From contig NMRA01000699.1 of NCBI GenBank assembly GCA_002633005.1, positions 37,649 to 89,286 of the forward strand: a DNA stretch of 51,638 bases. The letters run 5' to 3'. Positions 51,438 through 51,638 of this stretch are shown here, one piece after another. This DNA comes from Phoronis australis. Its lineage: Eukaryota; Animalia; Phoronida. Position numbers and translations under genes: made by a program. The stretch's first letter is position 1. The number at the start of each line of letters is the position of its first letter. The notes beneath the pieces are model-generated. The model did not search any database. It was not told the DNA's origin and was given only the letters and a program-made list of their open reading frames with translations.

Positions 51438-51450
51438 CCGGAAGTGACGT
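51438..51450 (+). promoter_or_regulatory. Composite ETS-CRE promoter motif
   Basis: CCGGAAGTGACGT ~135 bp upstream of the THAP ATG. Confidence 0.5.
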
Positions 51451-51582
51451 TTTAGGAGGCAAGCGCTTCCCGCCAATTTCTTTTCACATAGTCTGACTGT
51501 GAGAGCTGCCGAGTCAGTCATTGTTCTACCTCGGTTGTGTTAAGTTCCGTCGTCGTTCGCTTTCATTTACTAGTCAGTCAAC

Positions 51583-51638
51583 ATGCCACACTGTTGCTGC
51601 GTACCGGGATGTAGTAATTATCGGCTCACGCGCGCTTT
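51583..51638 (+). CDS. N-terminus of a THAP zinc-finger protein (probably a transposase), truncated by window end
   Basis: CAACATG start; MPHCCCVPGCSNYRLTRA matches the THAP start M.x.C.V.GC.N. TTAA|AGG at 51314-51320 is a candidate Kolobok terminus. Confidence 0.7.
   Translation, partial: MPHCCCVPGCSNYRLTRA

Overview
AT-rich, intron-containing animal (invertebrate-like) genomic DNA with three N gaps (15143-16016, 48079-48570, 49309-49806). Most ORF-track entries are noise or run through the gaps. Two intact spliced minus-strand genes can be assembled by hand, and the ORF track shows only fragments of them. (1) A 3-exon gene (20251->18516, 129 aa) encodes a signal peptide, a short propeptide ending in KR, and two tandem six-cysteine C-C-C-CC-xx-C domains; it is a candidate secreted toxin or defence peptide. 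(2) A gene with 4 coding exons (45774->37386, 222 aa) encodes a homologue of the plant/fungal 'pathogen-related protein' (SnoaL/NTF2-like fold). The rest is mostly transposon debris: a full-span decayed Academ element (TAG..CTA ends, 3-bp TSD), four copies of a non-autonomous Kolobok-like element with convergent THAP and KolX-like stubs, a Penelope fragment with inverted pLTRs and minimal hammerhead-like cores, a Gypsy pol relic, a LINE tail, tRNA-derived heads, and MITEs sharing 5-bp TSDs. A fresh THAP ORF starts at the right edge of the window. All family assignments come from motif recognition, not database searches.
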